Source: a virus
Taxonomy: Duplodnaviria; Caudoviricetes
DNA length: 64,000 bases
Virus record (IMG/VR): IMGVR_UViG_3300026094_000002
Strand: one strand, 5' to 3'
Translations under genes and position numbers: made by a program
Shown here: positions 22,109 to 31,813 of the stretch, piece by piece
Numbering within the stretch: the first letter of the stretch is position 1
Layout: the number at the start of each line of letters is the position of its first letter
Notes under the pieces: model-generated
Seen by the model: the letters and a program-made list of their open reading frames with translations, nothing else
What the model was told of the DNA's origin: nothing
Database searches by the model: none

Positions 22109-22427
22109 AGAATTTAACCAACAAGAAAACAAACCGGTTGAAATAGAGTTTCGTTTATATTATAATGAGTATGGTTATCCGTTGTTTTATACAACAGAAA
22201 AAGTGTCTGGGAAATATATCGTTATAGACCGAGACACTTATGTTCGTGGAGATTACCAAAACATCAAGGTGAAAGATGGTCGTATTTTACAACAAAACCC
22301 CACTGATTCAATAAAGTTAGTACATGATGATTCGGCGGGAACTTGTTGTTTAAAAAATGACATTACACTAATTGACGAGTCTGGACAGGGACAATATTGG
22401 AAATTAAAAACACATGAATATCGTTGA
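22083..22427 (+). CDS. Hypothetical protein (114 aa)
   Basis: ORF overlapping both neighbours in operon style; GAGGA upstream. Confidence 0.6.
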   Translation: MTNFWQGLEEFNQQENKPVEIEFRLYYNEYGYPLFYTTEKVSGKYIVIDRDTYVRGDYQNIKVKDGRILQQNPTDSIKLVHDDSAGTCCLKNDITLIDESGQGQYWKLKTHEYR

Positions 22428-23337
22428 TATTGCAGATTTGGATTGTATATTTTTAACATATGACGAGCCCAAGAAAGAAGAATTTTGGACTATTGTAAAA
22501 AACACAGTGCCATGGGCAACCCGCGTTGATGGCGTAAAAGGCTCTGATGCAGCACACAAAGCAGCAGCAGAAGCCAGCGAAACTGACCGCTTTATTTTAA
22601 TTGATGGTGACAACCTACCAAATCCAGATTTCTTTGACTTGCAGTTAGAATTTAAAAACGAGCAACAGGAACAAGCAGTTTTTAGATGGAGAGCAAGAAA
22701 TAACATCAACGGATTAATGTATGGAAACGGCGGCATAAGTTCTTGGACAAAAGATTTTGTGCGAGAAATGAAAACTCACGAAAACTCCGATGGTTCTGAC
22801 AAGACCTTAGTAGAGTTTTGTTTTGATGACCGTTATTGGGCAATGCATGACTGTTATTCTACAACATATCCCAACGGTTCGGAATTTCATGCATGGAGAG
22901 CAGGATTCCGCGAAGGTGTTAAAATGTGCCTTGACAGAGGATATTGCCCTTCTGTCTCTGAATTCCGTGACAGAGTACATGATAGAAACCTTGACCACCT
23001 AAATATTTGGCAAAATGTTGGTTTAGATGTTGAATACGGTGCTTGGGCAATTGCCGGTGCTCGTCAGGGAACATTTTTAACAATGTTAGATAATTGGGAT
23101 TACAGAAATGTTCAGGATTTTTCTTACCTCGCTGATTTTTGGAATAGCGAAGTGCAATCTAAAAATCCGCATGATTTGATAAGTGAGTTTGGTGAACGCC
23201 TATGCCAACAATTAGATTTAACTGATAACTTACTTGATGAAAACGCCAGTAAATTTTTTAAGTATCACTATCGTCCAAATTGGAAAAACATTGGACCTAT
23301 GGTAACCGAGCGTCAAGCAATTACTGGTGTCGTGTGA
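22414..23337 (+). CDS. Glycosyltransferase-like protein (GT-A)
   Basis: DCIFLTYDEP, RVDGVKGSDAAH, FILIDGDN (DxD); homologous to the C-terminal domain of 40636..43053. Confidence 0.6.
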   Translation: MNIVDIADLDCIFLTYDEPKKEEFWTIVKNTVPWATRVDGVKGSDAAHKAAAEASETDRFILIDGDNLPNPDFFDLQLEFKNEQQEQAVFRWRARNNINGLMYGNGGISSWTKDFVREMKTHENSDGSDKTLVEFCFDDRYWAMHDCYSTTYPNGSEFHAWRAGFREGVKMCLDRGYCPSVSEFRDRVHDRNLDHLNIWQNVGLDVEYGAWAIAGARQGTFLTMLDNWDYRNVQDFSYLADFWNSEVQSKNPHDLISEFGERLCQQLDLTDNLLDENASKFFKYHYRPNWKNIGPMVTERQAITGVV

Positions 23338-24209
23338 CCGATTCTCAAAAGCCGACTCTTCCTTTTGTTGAAACCATGCTAACTCAAGCGTGTAATCTTT
23401 CTTGCAAAGGTTGTACAAACTTTAGCGATCTCAGTCACAAGGGGTATGTCACATGGGCAGAAGGAAAAGAATGGCTAACCGAATGGAAACAGCGTATAGA
23501 GATCCCAGACTTTGGCATCATGGGTGGCGAACCACTAATAAACCCTGAGTATAAAGATTGGCTTATTGGTGTTAGAGAGATGTTACCAGATAGCCAAATA
23601 AGATTTACTACCAATGGATTATTACTAGAAAAACACTGGGATGTATTAGATGTTATACAAGACATTGGTAATACAGTTTTTAAAATAACTGTTCATGTGG
23701 ATGACAAAAAATTAGAAAACACGATCCAAAAAATATTTGAAAAATATGACTGGGAACCAGTATTTGAATTTGGAATTCATCGTTGGGCCACAAAAAACGG
23801 GCTGCGGTTTCAAATAAACCGCCCGGACAAATTTATTAAAACTTTTAAAAATGATTATTCTCACATGTCGCCATGGCATGCTAACCCAAAGGATGCATTT
23901 GACAACTGTATACAGCAGACATGCCCTCTATTGCATAATGGAAGAATTTACAAGTGTAGCACTTCTGCTTTAATAAAAGACACACTAAGTCGTTATGACT
24001 TTCCAAATTGGAAAGAGTGGGAGCCATACATGTCAGAAGGAATACATTGGACAAGTGATGATACCCAAATTGACACTTTTATTAATAACTTTGGCAAGCC
24101 AAATAAAATATGTGCCCAATGCCCATCAGCCAGTCAAACAGATTCTATAGTTGACCACAAGATATATGTAAGTACCCGCAAAGTGAAAAAGTATATTACT
24201 AATGAGTAA
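23334..24209 (+). CDS. Radical SAM protein 1 (probable GTG start at 23334)
   Basis: CNLSCKGC (CxxxCxxC), MGGEP, FTTNG; extra C-terminal Cys (TCPLL..GRIYKC, ICAQCP); GTGA overlap with the previous stop. Confidence 0.9.
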   Translation: MTDSQKPTLPFVETMLTQACNLSCKGCTNFSDLSHKGYVTWAEGKEWLTEWKQRIEIPDFGIMGGEPLINPEYKDWLIGVREMLPDSQIRFTTNGLLLEKHWDVLDVIQDIGNTVFKITVHVDDKKLENTIQKIFEKYDWEPVFEFGIHRWATKNGLRFQINRPDKFIKTFKNDYSHMSPWHANPKDAFDNCIQQTCPLLHNGRIYKCSTSALIKDTLSRYDFPNWKEWEPYMSEGIHWTSDDTQIDTFINNFGKPNKICAQCPSASQTDSIVDHKIYVSTRKVKKYITNE

Positions 24210-25623
24210 AAATAATTCAGGCGATGAAGTAGATAACAACTTCAAGTCAAAATTTCTTTCTGATGCCGAAAAAATGAAGGAAAAGTTGGACGATGTCAGT
24301 CCGTCTATGTGTCTTGCTAAGTGGAAGCAAGTTAGTCTTCACTTAACAACTGGTCACAACAATAGTTGTTATCATCCTCCATTGCATAAAATTGATGCCA
24401 GTGAAATAACAAAAAATCCTGCAGCATTGCATAATACTCAACACAAAAAACAACAGCGTAAGTTAATGCTGGGAGGCACTCGTCCAACGGAATGTAGTTA
24501 CTGTTGGGCAATGGAAGATAATAATAAATTGAGCGACCGACATTATCGCTCTGGAGAACCGTGGGCTGCAGAACATTTTGATAATGTAGTCAATGCAGAC
24601 TGGGATGCTGATGTAACTCCAAGTTATGTTGAGGTAAATTTTAATTCTGCTTGTAATTTAAAATGTAGTTATTGTAGTCCGCAGTTTTCTACTACATGGA
24701 TGGAAGAAATAGATAAGCACGGTGCATATCCTACGTCTGTACCACATAATGCTCCTGAATATTTTAACGGTGATAGACGCAGAATTCTAAACCGTGAGTC
24801 TAATCCTTATGTAGACGCATTTTGGAAGTGGTGGCCAGACTTGTATCCAGAACTAAAGCATTTTAGGATGACAGGTGGTGAACCTCTTATGGATAAAAAT
24901 ACCTATCGTGTATTTGACCATGTTTTGGAAAATCCAAAATCTGATTTGCATCTAGCGGTGACAAGTAACTTTTCTGTCAATCAAAAATTATGGGACAAGT
25001 ACAAACAGTATGTAAGCAAGTTGTGTGAAGGTGAAACAATAGAACATTACATGCAATATGTCAGTGTTGATACATGGGGTGCCCAAGCAGAGTATGTTCG
25101 AAATGGGCTAGATTTTGGTCTACTATGGGATCGTGTTCATGAATTTTTAAATGATATTCCATACAGAAATTCTCTTACGTTTATCATAACTATGAACAAT
25201 CTATCTGTTCCTAATCTGGATAAACTTCTAGAGGGAATTTTAGAACTAAGAAAAACATATAGCGACACTTATCAGAGAATCTGGTTTGATACGCCAGTGT
25301 TGCACACACCAAAATGGCAAAGTATGCAAGTGCTTCCAGATAGCTATGCGTTTAAATTAAAAAAAATTAAACAGTGGATGGAAGAAAACATTGAAACAGA
25401 ACAATCTAGATTCCATGGGTTTAAGGATTACGAAATCAATAGACTAGATCGTGATATTGCATGGATGCAAGAAGAATTAAACGAAGAAGACAAAAAGCAG
25501 AGAATGGCTGATTTTTATAGATTTTTTTCTGAGCACGATTCCAGACGTTCAACAAATTTTATAGAAACTTTTCCAGAGATGTCAGAGTGGTGGCAACAGT
25601 GCAGGTACTCTGCAAATGCATAA
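24202..25623 (+). CDS. Radical SAM protein 2 with an N-terminal Twitch/SPASM-like domain
   Basis: CLAKW..SCYHP..CSYCW upstream of CNLKCSYC; TGGEP. Confidence 0.9.
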   Translation: MSKNNSGDEVDNNFKSKFLSDAEKMKEKLDDVSPSMCLAKWKQVSLHLTTGHNNSCYHPPLHKIDASEITKNPAALHNTQHKKQQRKLMLGGTRPTECSYCWAMEDNNKLSDRHYRSGEPWAAEHFDNVVNADWDADVTPSYVEVNFNSACNLKCSYCSPQFSTTWMEEIDKHGAYPTSVPHNAPEYFNGDRRRILNRESNPYVDAFWKWWPDLYPELKHFRMTGGEPLMDKNTYRVFDHVLENPKSDLHLAVTSNFSVNQKLWDKYKQYVSKLCEGETIEHYMQYVSVDTWGAQAEYVRNGLDFGLLWDRVHEFLNDIPYRNSLTFIITMNNLSVPNLDKLLEGILELRKTYSDTYQRIWFDTPVLHTPKWQSMQVLPDSYAFKLKKIKQWMEENIETEQSRFHGFKDYEINRLDRDIAWMQEELNEEDKKQRMADFYRFFSEHDSRRSTNFIETFPEMSEWWQQCRYSANA

Positions 25624-27346
25624 TACTTTTTCTTACGAAAATATAACAGAATTTCAAATTGAGGTAACCACACATTGTAATGCTGCTTGTCCACAATGTC
25701 CTAGGAATATTAATGGTGGAGAGACAAACCCATACCTTGAGGTTCAACATCTCAGTAGAGAAGTAATTGATTCTACTTTTGACGAATCTTTATGTAACCG
25801 CCTAAAACAAATATTTTTCTGTGGAAGTTACGGTGACCCGATTGTTCATCCTGAGTTTTTGAATATAATAAAAGATTTTAGAAAAAAATCTGATACCTTG
25901 TGGATTTATATTCATACCAATGGTGGAGTAAGAAATACAGAGTGGTGGAAAGAACTTGCTGAGACTATTGGCGATTATGGAAAAATTGATTTTAATATTG
26001 ACGGGCTAGATGATACGAATCATTTATATAGAAGAAATGTATCATTTGATAAAGCAATGGAAAATGCAAAAGCATTTATAACTGCCGGAGGCAAAGCACA
26101 ATGGAATTTTATTGTGTTCAAACACAACGAACACCAAGTTGACACTGCAAAAATGATGAGTAATTTGTGGGGATTTGAGAATATTGTCTTTCGTGGTACT
26201 GGGAGATTTCTTGATCATAAGACACTAGAAAAATCTGATGAGTGGAAGGTCACCCCAAAAAGAGGAACGGAGTACTATCTTAAACCAACAGATATTAAAA
26301 GGTATTCAAATCAAAGCATTGAAAATTTGCCAAATCTAAAAAAACAATACACAGATATTAAAGACTATTTTGATAAAACGCCAATAAAATGTGATGCTTT
26401 AACTGGAAAAAAGGCAGTAATAACAGCAGAAGGATTAGTTCTGCCTTGTAATTTTTTTGAACATAATTTATATGATGCGAGGTTCAAAGACGAAAGTGTA
26501 ATGCCCCGGGCAAACGAATTGCATTATGATGAAAACGGCAATAATCAAGTTGAAGAATTTATTAAAAAGTACGGAAAACAGAATCTAAGTATATATCACA
26601 ATTCATTAAAAACTATATTCAAAAATCCGTTTTGGGATGATCTTATAGATTCATGGAATAAAGATATTGACAATGGAAGATTATTTGAATGTGCATTTAC
26701 TTGTGGACAGAAATTAACTAAAACATGGGATCAAAATAAAACAGTGGCTAATACATATAGATATTATATTACAGGTGATAACAGAGGTTTAGGAAAGGCA
26801 TTAAAAGAACATTTCTACGGTGATGGCTCTAGCAGAAGCACAGGATATGATATAACTAATCCAGAGCATATCAAATTAATTGCAAAAGAATCATTGCATT
26901 ATGATGTTTTTATCAATAATGCATTTGATGGTCCACCAGATGAAGATTGGGCAAATTTTGCTCAGATTAATCTTCTTCATGCAGTATTTGATGAATGGAA
27001 ATTACATGAAAAAACTGGATGGATATTTAATATTGGTAGTATAGCAGAAAAAGCAATTGTTGCAGCAGAGCCAAAATGGGAAAGATACAGAGTAGCAAAG
27101 AGTGCATTGAGTTATGCCAGCAAACAATCAAGTACTGCTTTTAAAAATAATCTTGTAAATTTTAAGACAACACTAATAACACCTGACAGGTTAGACACAG
27201 AATTATCAAGATCAAAGCCAACATGGACTGGTAATGGCATCTCTTGTGATGATATTATCAGGTTTATAGAATATTGCACATCAATATCTTCTAACACGGT
27301 AGTTGACGAAATCTCATTATCGGTTAACTTTGATTACCAAAACTAA
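25616..27346 (+). CDS. Radical SAM protein 3 (C-terminal SPASM-like Cys) fused to a short-chain dehydrogenase domain
   Basis: CNAACPQC, IHTNG, KCDAL..GLVLPC..ECAFTC; then ITGDNRGLG, FINNA, NIGS, YRVAK. Confidence 0.85.
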   Translation: MHNTFSYENITEFQIEVTTHCNAACPQCPRNINGGETNPYLEVQHLSREVIDSTFDESLCNRLKQIFFCGSYGDPIVHPEFLNIIKDFRKKSDTLWIYIHTNGGVRNTEWWKELAETIGDYGKIDFNIDGLDDTNHLYRRNVSFDKAMENAKAFITAGGKAQWNFIVFKHNEHQVDTAKMMSNLWGFENIVFRGTGRFLDHKTLEKSDEWKVTPKRGTEYYLKPTDIKRYSNQSIENLPNLKKQYTDIKDYFDKTPIKCDALTGKKAVITAEGLVLPCNFFEHNLYDARFKDESVMPRANELHYDENGNNQVEEFIKKYGKQNLSIYHNSLKTIFKNPFWDDLIDSWNKDIDNGRLFECAFTCGQKLTKTWDQNKTVANTYRYYITGDNRGLGKALKEHFYGDGSSRSTGYDITNPEHIKLIAKESLHYDVFINNAFDGPPDEDWANFAQINLLHAVFDEWKLHEKTGWIFNIGSIAEKAIVAAEPKWERYRVAKSALSYASKQSSTAFKNNLVNFKTTLITPDRLDTELSRSKPTWTGNGISCDDIIRFIEYCTSISSNTVVDEISLSVNFDYQN

Positions 27347-27347
27347 T

Positions 27348-28691
27348 ATGAGTATGAATCCAGATTTAAAATTTAAAAAAGAGGTATTAGACAAAAAAAG
27401 TGAAAGTTTTTGTGCGGCTAAATGGTACAATGCTACTATATGGTTAGGGTCTGGTATGACAACGAGTTGTCACCATCCACCAGCCCATCATGTATCCGCT
27501 GATGATGTAAAGAAAAATCCAAAACTTCTTCATAATACTGATCAAAAAAAGAAAGACAGACAGCAAATGATTGCCGGTGAGCGACCACCGGGTTGTGAAT
27601 ATTGCTGGAAAATAGAAGACATGGAAAAAGATGCTATAAGTGATCGTGTCTATAAAACAAAAATATATTCACAAAAAGAAATTGATGATGCTTTCAATAT
27701 TCCAGTCAATGAAGATGTTGATTTAAAAACATTGGAAATTAGTTTTGATAGAACATGTAACTTTGCGTGCTCTTACTGTAACCCTGCGTTTTCTACAACA
27801 TGGGTCAAGGACATCAAGAAAAACGGGTCATATGGTGGGCTACAATCTGATGGTAGAAATCACTTTACTCATACACATGATTCTGCACAACTTTTTAAGT
27901 TTAAAGATACAAATCCGTATGCTGAAGCATTCATGCAATGGTGGGAATCTGATTTGCATAGAACCCTGCAGGAACTGCGAATAACTGGTGGTGAGCCTTT
28001 ACTATCTGGATATACATGGCAGTTGTTTGATTGGTTTAACGAGAACAAAGGTAAAAGTAATACTAGGCTGGCAATTAATTCTAATCTTGGGATAAATCGC
28101 AAAGAGGTTGACAGGTTATTGGATGCAACACAGAATGTTGAACTAGACTTATATACCTCAAATGAATCCATGGGAACACACGCAGAATACATCCGTGATG
28201 GTCTTGAGTGGCAGCAATGGATTGGCAATCTTGAGTACTTGCTAGAAGGCAAACAACTTCGTGGTCTACATTGTATGTGTACTATTAATGCATTATGCTT
28301 AGAAAGTCTGGATGAATTTTTGGATCTAATGTTATACTATAAACAGAATTACGGCAAAGAAGCAGTTAATTTTTCCCTAAATATTCTAAGATTTCCAAGT
28401 TTCCAAAGTGCACTTGTTCTTCCTGATGAAATAAGACAGTCTCGGGGCGATAAATTACAACAATGGTTTGACAAGAACAGTTCGTCAGAATTTTTGCATG
28501 AAATGGAACTAAATCAATTACAGCGATTAATTGACTACCTTGATATTGTAAAAACGCCGCATAGTGAAAGTTTTGAACTTCCAAAGTTGCGTAATGATTT
28601 TAAAAAATTCTTTGAGCAATATGATACAAGACGTGGAAAGAACTTTGCTGATACATTTCCAGAACTAAAGGATTGGTATGAATCTTTATGA
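27348..28691 (+). CDS. Radical SAM protein 4 with an N-terminal Twitch domain (paralog of RS2); start moved to ATG 27348
   Basis: CAAKW..SCHHP..CEYCW; CNFACSYC; TGGEP; ATG 1 nt after the previous stop. Confidence 0.9.
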   Translation: MSMNPDLKFKKEVLDKKSESFCAAKWYNATIWLGSGMTTSCHHPPAHHVSADDVKKNPKLLHNTDQKKKDRQQMIAGERPPGCEYCWKIEDMEKDAISDRVYKTKIYSQKEIDDAFNIPVNEDVDLKTLEISFDRTCNFACSYCNPAFSTTWVKDIKKNGSYGGLQSDGRNHFTHTHDSAQLFKFKDTNPYAEAFMQWWESDLHRTLQELRITGGEPLLSGYTWQLFDWFNENKGKSNTRLAINSNLGINRKEVDRLLDATQNVELDLYTSNESMGTHAEYIRDGLEWQQWIGNLEYLLEGKQLRGLHCMCTINALCLESLDEFLDLMLYYKQNYGKEAVNFSLNILRFPSFQSALVLPDEIRQSRGDKLQQWFDKNSSSEFLHEMELNQLQRLIDYLDIVKTPHSESFELPKLRNDFKKFFEQYDTRRGKNFADTFPELKDWYESL

Positions 28692-29692
28692 CTGTACAAG
28701 TAGAGGTTAATGACAATCATGATTTTTGGTTTCATAATGAATCAATAAATCAAATAATCTCAGAACTTATTAACAATGGGCGTGTAACCATAAACTTTAA
28801 TACAGAAGGGCCGTGTGTAAAATCAATGGGACTTTATGAGTTTCTTGAAAATATATCAAGCAATTTAAACATACCTCATAATAATATAGAAATACGAACA
28901 CACAATCAAGTAGAATACCACCCAACATTTAAAATAACTAAACTTCCTCTGGCACATTCTCTGCCCACTGTTCAAAATGAATTGTTTTTTGATGAAAACA
29001 AGCATATGAAGAGTTTTAGTGATAAATCTTTTAAAAAATTTGCTTGTTTTGTTGGAAGAAATTCATGGGATAGGTTACGGATTTCTAGCAGACTTTATAA
29101 AGAATATAAAGAAGAAAGCATCCAAACATATCATTTAAATATAGATGATAAAAAGTCCCTTGAAAGAAGTATTCTTGGTGTTGATACTATTATTAGCAAT
29201 TCTGCTAGTATTGACACTGCGAAAGATGCTTTAAACTTTTTGACAGAATGTCCTTTTAATGGACCAGATAATATAAATCAATATCCGATAACAGTTGATT
29301 CTAATTTAAACATTGATAGTGAGTATTATCGTTTTTTTCTAGAAGTTGTGTGTGAAACTTATATCAAGGGAAATACATTTTTCCCTACAGAAAAAACGTG
29401 GCGTCCTATTGCACTTAAAACCCCATTTGTTGTCAATGGGCCAGTTGGCTTCTTAAAGAATTTAAAGAAATTGGGATTCAAAACATTTGATAGGTGGTGG
29501 GAAGAATCTTATGATTATAATGGGCATGAAGCGAGAATAGAAAAGATTTTTAAAATTATAGATTATATTTCTACTCTATCAATATCAGAATTAAATACCA
29601 TGTATAATGAAATGCAAGATGTTCTAGAGCATAATTATCAGATTCTTTATAAATTAACACTAGAAGATTTTAAAAAAGTATTTCATTATTGA
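28688..29692 (+). CDS. GT-B/GT10-like 'TEK' glycosyltransferase paralog 1
   Basis: VVCETY..FPTEKTWRPIALKTPFVV..LKKLGFKTF..WEESYD. Confidence 0.55.
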   Translation: MTVQVEVNDNHDFWFHNESINQIISELINNGRVTINFNTEGPCVKSMGLYEFLENISSNLNIPHNNIEIRTHNQVEYHPTFKITKLPLAHSLPTVQNELFFDENKHMKSFSDKSFKKFACFVGRNSWDRLRISSRLYKEYKEESIQTYHLNIDDKKSLERSILGVDTIISNSASIDTAKDALNFLTECPFNGPDNINQYPITVDSNLNIDSEYYRFFLEVVCETYIKGNTFFPTEKTWRPIALKTPFVVNGPVGFLKNLKKLGFKTFDRWWEESYDYNGHEARIEKIFKIIDYISTLSISELNTMYNEMQDVLEHNYQILYKLTLEDFKKVFHY

Positions 29693-29710
29693 TTATTAGG
29701 GATTTATTTT

Positions 29711-29953
29711 ATGATTAAAAACATGAAAGACCACTTAAAAAACAGCAGCATGACATATACATACCATATGCTTCACGCTTGTCATTACGGTTTTAGGTTG
29801 TTGTGGGCGGGATTTAAAAGTATTATTCATGGAATTTTCCCACTAGTATGGAAATATGATGGTCCTAGATCGATAATTAAAATGTATAGAGAATTACGCC
29901 GACATAAACACATCCGTAAAATGATGGATGAAGATACCGATGAGCAGAAATGA
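29711..29953 (+). CDS. Small membrane protein (DUF6356-like)
   Basis: HLKNSSMTYTYH..A..SIIHGIFP pattern with a hydrophobic helix; family name recalled, not searched. Confidence 0.45.
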   Translation: MIKNMKDHLKNSSMTYTYHMLHACHYGFRLLWAGFKSIIHGIFPLVWKYDGPRSIIKMYRELRRHKHIRKMMDEDTDEQK

Positions 29954-30521
29954 ATTTTTTGCGATATCTTTTGATACTTCTATATTAAATGATTTAACAC
30001 AATATTCAAATCTTCCAGAAGTTAATGTCATAAACCCGATTGACTTTTTAAATCAGAGCAAAGTTGATAATTCTAAATACTTCATTAATTTAGTAACACA
30101 AGATTTTGATTTAAGAAAACAAATTTCTCATCATATGGATACTGTTAAGTGTAAAAGATTTAGCATTATTCACCATCAATCTTATGTAGAGGGATCAGAA
30201 ATTGGTGATGGCTCATTTATATATCCCAATGTAACAGCATATCCTAAATCAAAAATAGGAAAAGACGTTATTATACAATCTAATAGTAGGATTTCTCATA
30301 ATGCAACAATTGATGATGGGTGTTTTATTGGTGGTCTTACGAATATTTCTGGATCAGTGACTGTTGGTTCCTTCTGTAAAATATTCCCGTGCTGCAATAT
30401 AGTTGATAAAGTTAATATTGTTGATGATGTTACATTGGGAACTAGAAGCACAATAAGAAAAAATATTACAGAAAGTGGAACATATTCAGAATTACCAAAC
30501 AAAGTTAAAAAGATTAGATAA
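29928..30521 (+). CDS. Hexapeptide-repeat sugar N/O-acetyltransferase (PglD/NeuD-like); alternative start 29940
   Basis: Left-handed beta-helix hexapeptides (IGDGSF, IGKDVI, ISHNATIDDGCFIG, VTVGSFC, IVDDVTLG). Confidence 0.8.
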   Translation: MKIPMSRNEFFAISFDTSILNDLTQYSNLPEVNVINPIDFLNQSKVDNSKYFINLVTQDFDLRKQISHHMDTVKCKRFSIIHHQSYVEGSEIGDGSFIYPNVTAYPKSKIGKDVIIQSNSRISHNATIDDGCFIGGLTNISGSVTVGSFCKIFPCCNIVDKVNIVDDVTLGTRSTIRKNITESGTYSELPNKVKKIR

Positions 30522-30523
30522 GA

Positions 30524-31813
30524 ATGACATACAATTATAATAGTACTGAACCAGTAAAAATTTCTAGTGATGATTTATCAGAGCGACATAAAGAATTAGT
30601 AACTGAAAGTAAAACTTTTTGCATATATCCTTGGATACATTTACATGCTTATCCAACGGGAGAAGCGTTCCCCTGTTGTCATGCAGAAATGAAAGAAGGT
30701 CCAGTTGGAAATTGTAAAGAGAATACTTTAAAAGAAATTTGGAATTCTAAGGAAATGAAAAATCTTCGGAAAGATATGTTAAATGGGACACCAAATTCCT
30801 ATTGCACAAGATGCTATGAACAAGAAGATTCTGGGTTTTTCTCTGGTCGCCAAAGTGCTAACAAACATCATGGCCATCATATAGACAGAGTTGATGAAAC
30901 TAACGAAGACGGTTCATATGACGAGTTTGCTATGACCTATTGGGATATAAGATTTAGCAACCTTTGTAATCTTAAATGTCGTAGTTGTGGTCATATATTT
31001 TCTAGCAATTGGTATAGCGATCAAGCAAAACTAGCCGGTGAAGACTGGAAGAAACATAATAAAGCACTTAACTTTGCTGGACGATGGGAAACCGATGTAT
31101 GGGAGCAACTTGTTGAGCACTTAGATTATGTTGAACAAATTTACTTCGCTGGTGGCGAGCCACTGTTAATGGAAGAACATTATCGCATTTTAGACGAATT
31201 GGAACGACGTGGAAGATTTGATGTTCGTTTAATTTATAACAGTAACTTTACAGAAACCAGTCTCAAAGGTCGTTCAGTTTTTGATTATTGGAAAAAGTTT
31301 GACTCTGTTGCCGTTGGTGCAAGTTTGGATGCCTCTGGAGAAAGAGCAGAGTATATTAGAAAAGGGACTAAGTGGGATAAGGTATTAAGAAATCGTGAAG
31401 AAATGTTGGAAACATGTCCTGAGGTTGATTTTTATATTTCACCAACGCTTTCAATAATGAATGCATGGCATTTGCCCGATTTTCATCGTGACTGGGTAGA
31501 AAGAGGCTTTATCCGTGCCCAAGATCTTAATGTTAACATCTTACAAGATCCAGTGCATTATAGAATAGATATTGCTCCAGATGCGTATAAGCAACAATTA
31601 AAAGAGAAGTATGAAGAGCATTTAAAATGGTTGCGACCATTTGATAAACTTAATCGGGCCTCTGTGGGGTTTGAAAGTGCTATATCTTTCATGATGTCTA
31701 CCAATAATCAACATCTGATTCCTGAGTTTTGGGCACGTACAAGACAACTAGATGAAATTAGAAAAGAAGATATTTTAGACATATTACCAGAACTAAAGGC
31801 TATAGCGGTTTAA
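30524..31813 (+). CDS. Radical SAM protein 5 with an N-terminal Twitch/SPASM domain
   Basis: CIYPW..PCC..CTRCY; CNLKCRSC; FAGGEP. Confidence 0.9.
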   Translation: MTYNYNSTEPVKISSDDLSERHKELVTESKTFCIYPWIHLHAYPTGEAFPCCHAEMKEGPVGNCKENTLKEIWNSKEMKNLRKDMLNGTPNSYCTRCYEQEDSGFFSGRQSANKHHGHHIDRVDETNEDGSYDEFAMTYWDIRFSNLCNLKCRSCGHIFSSNWYSDQAKLAGEDWKKHNKALNFAGRWETDVWEQLVEHLDYVEQIYFAGGEPLLMEEHYRILDELERRGRFDVRLIYNSNFTETSLKGRSVFDYWKKFDSVAVGASLDASGERAEYIRKGTKWDKVLRNREEMLETCPEVDFYISPTLSIMNAWHLPDFHRDWVERGFIRAQDLNVNILQDPVHYRIDIAPDAYKQQLKEKYEEHLKWLRPFDKLNRASVGFESAISFMMSTNNQHLIPEFWARTRQLDEIRKEDILDILPELKAIAV

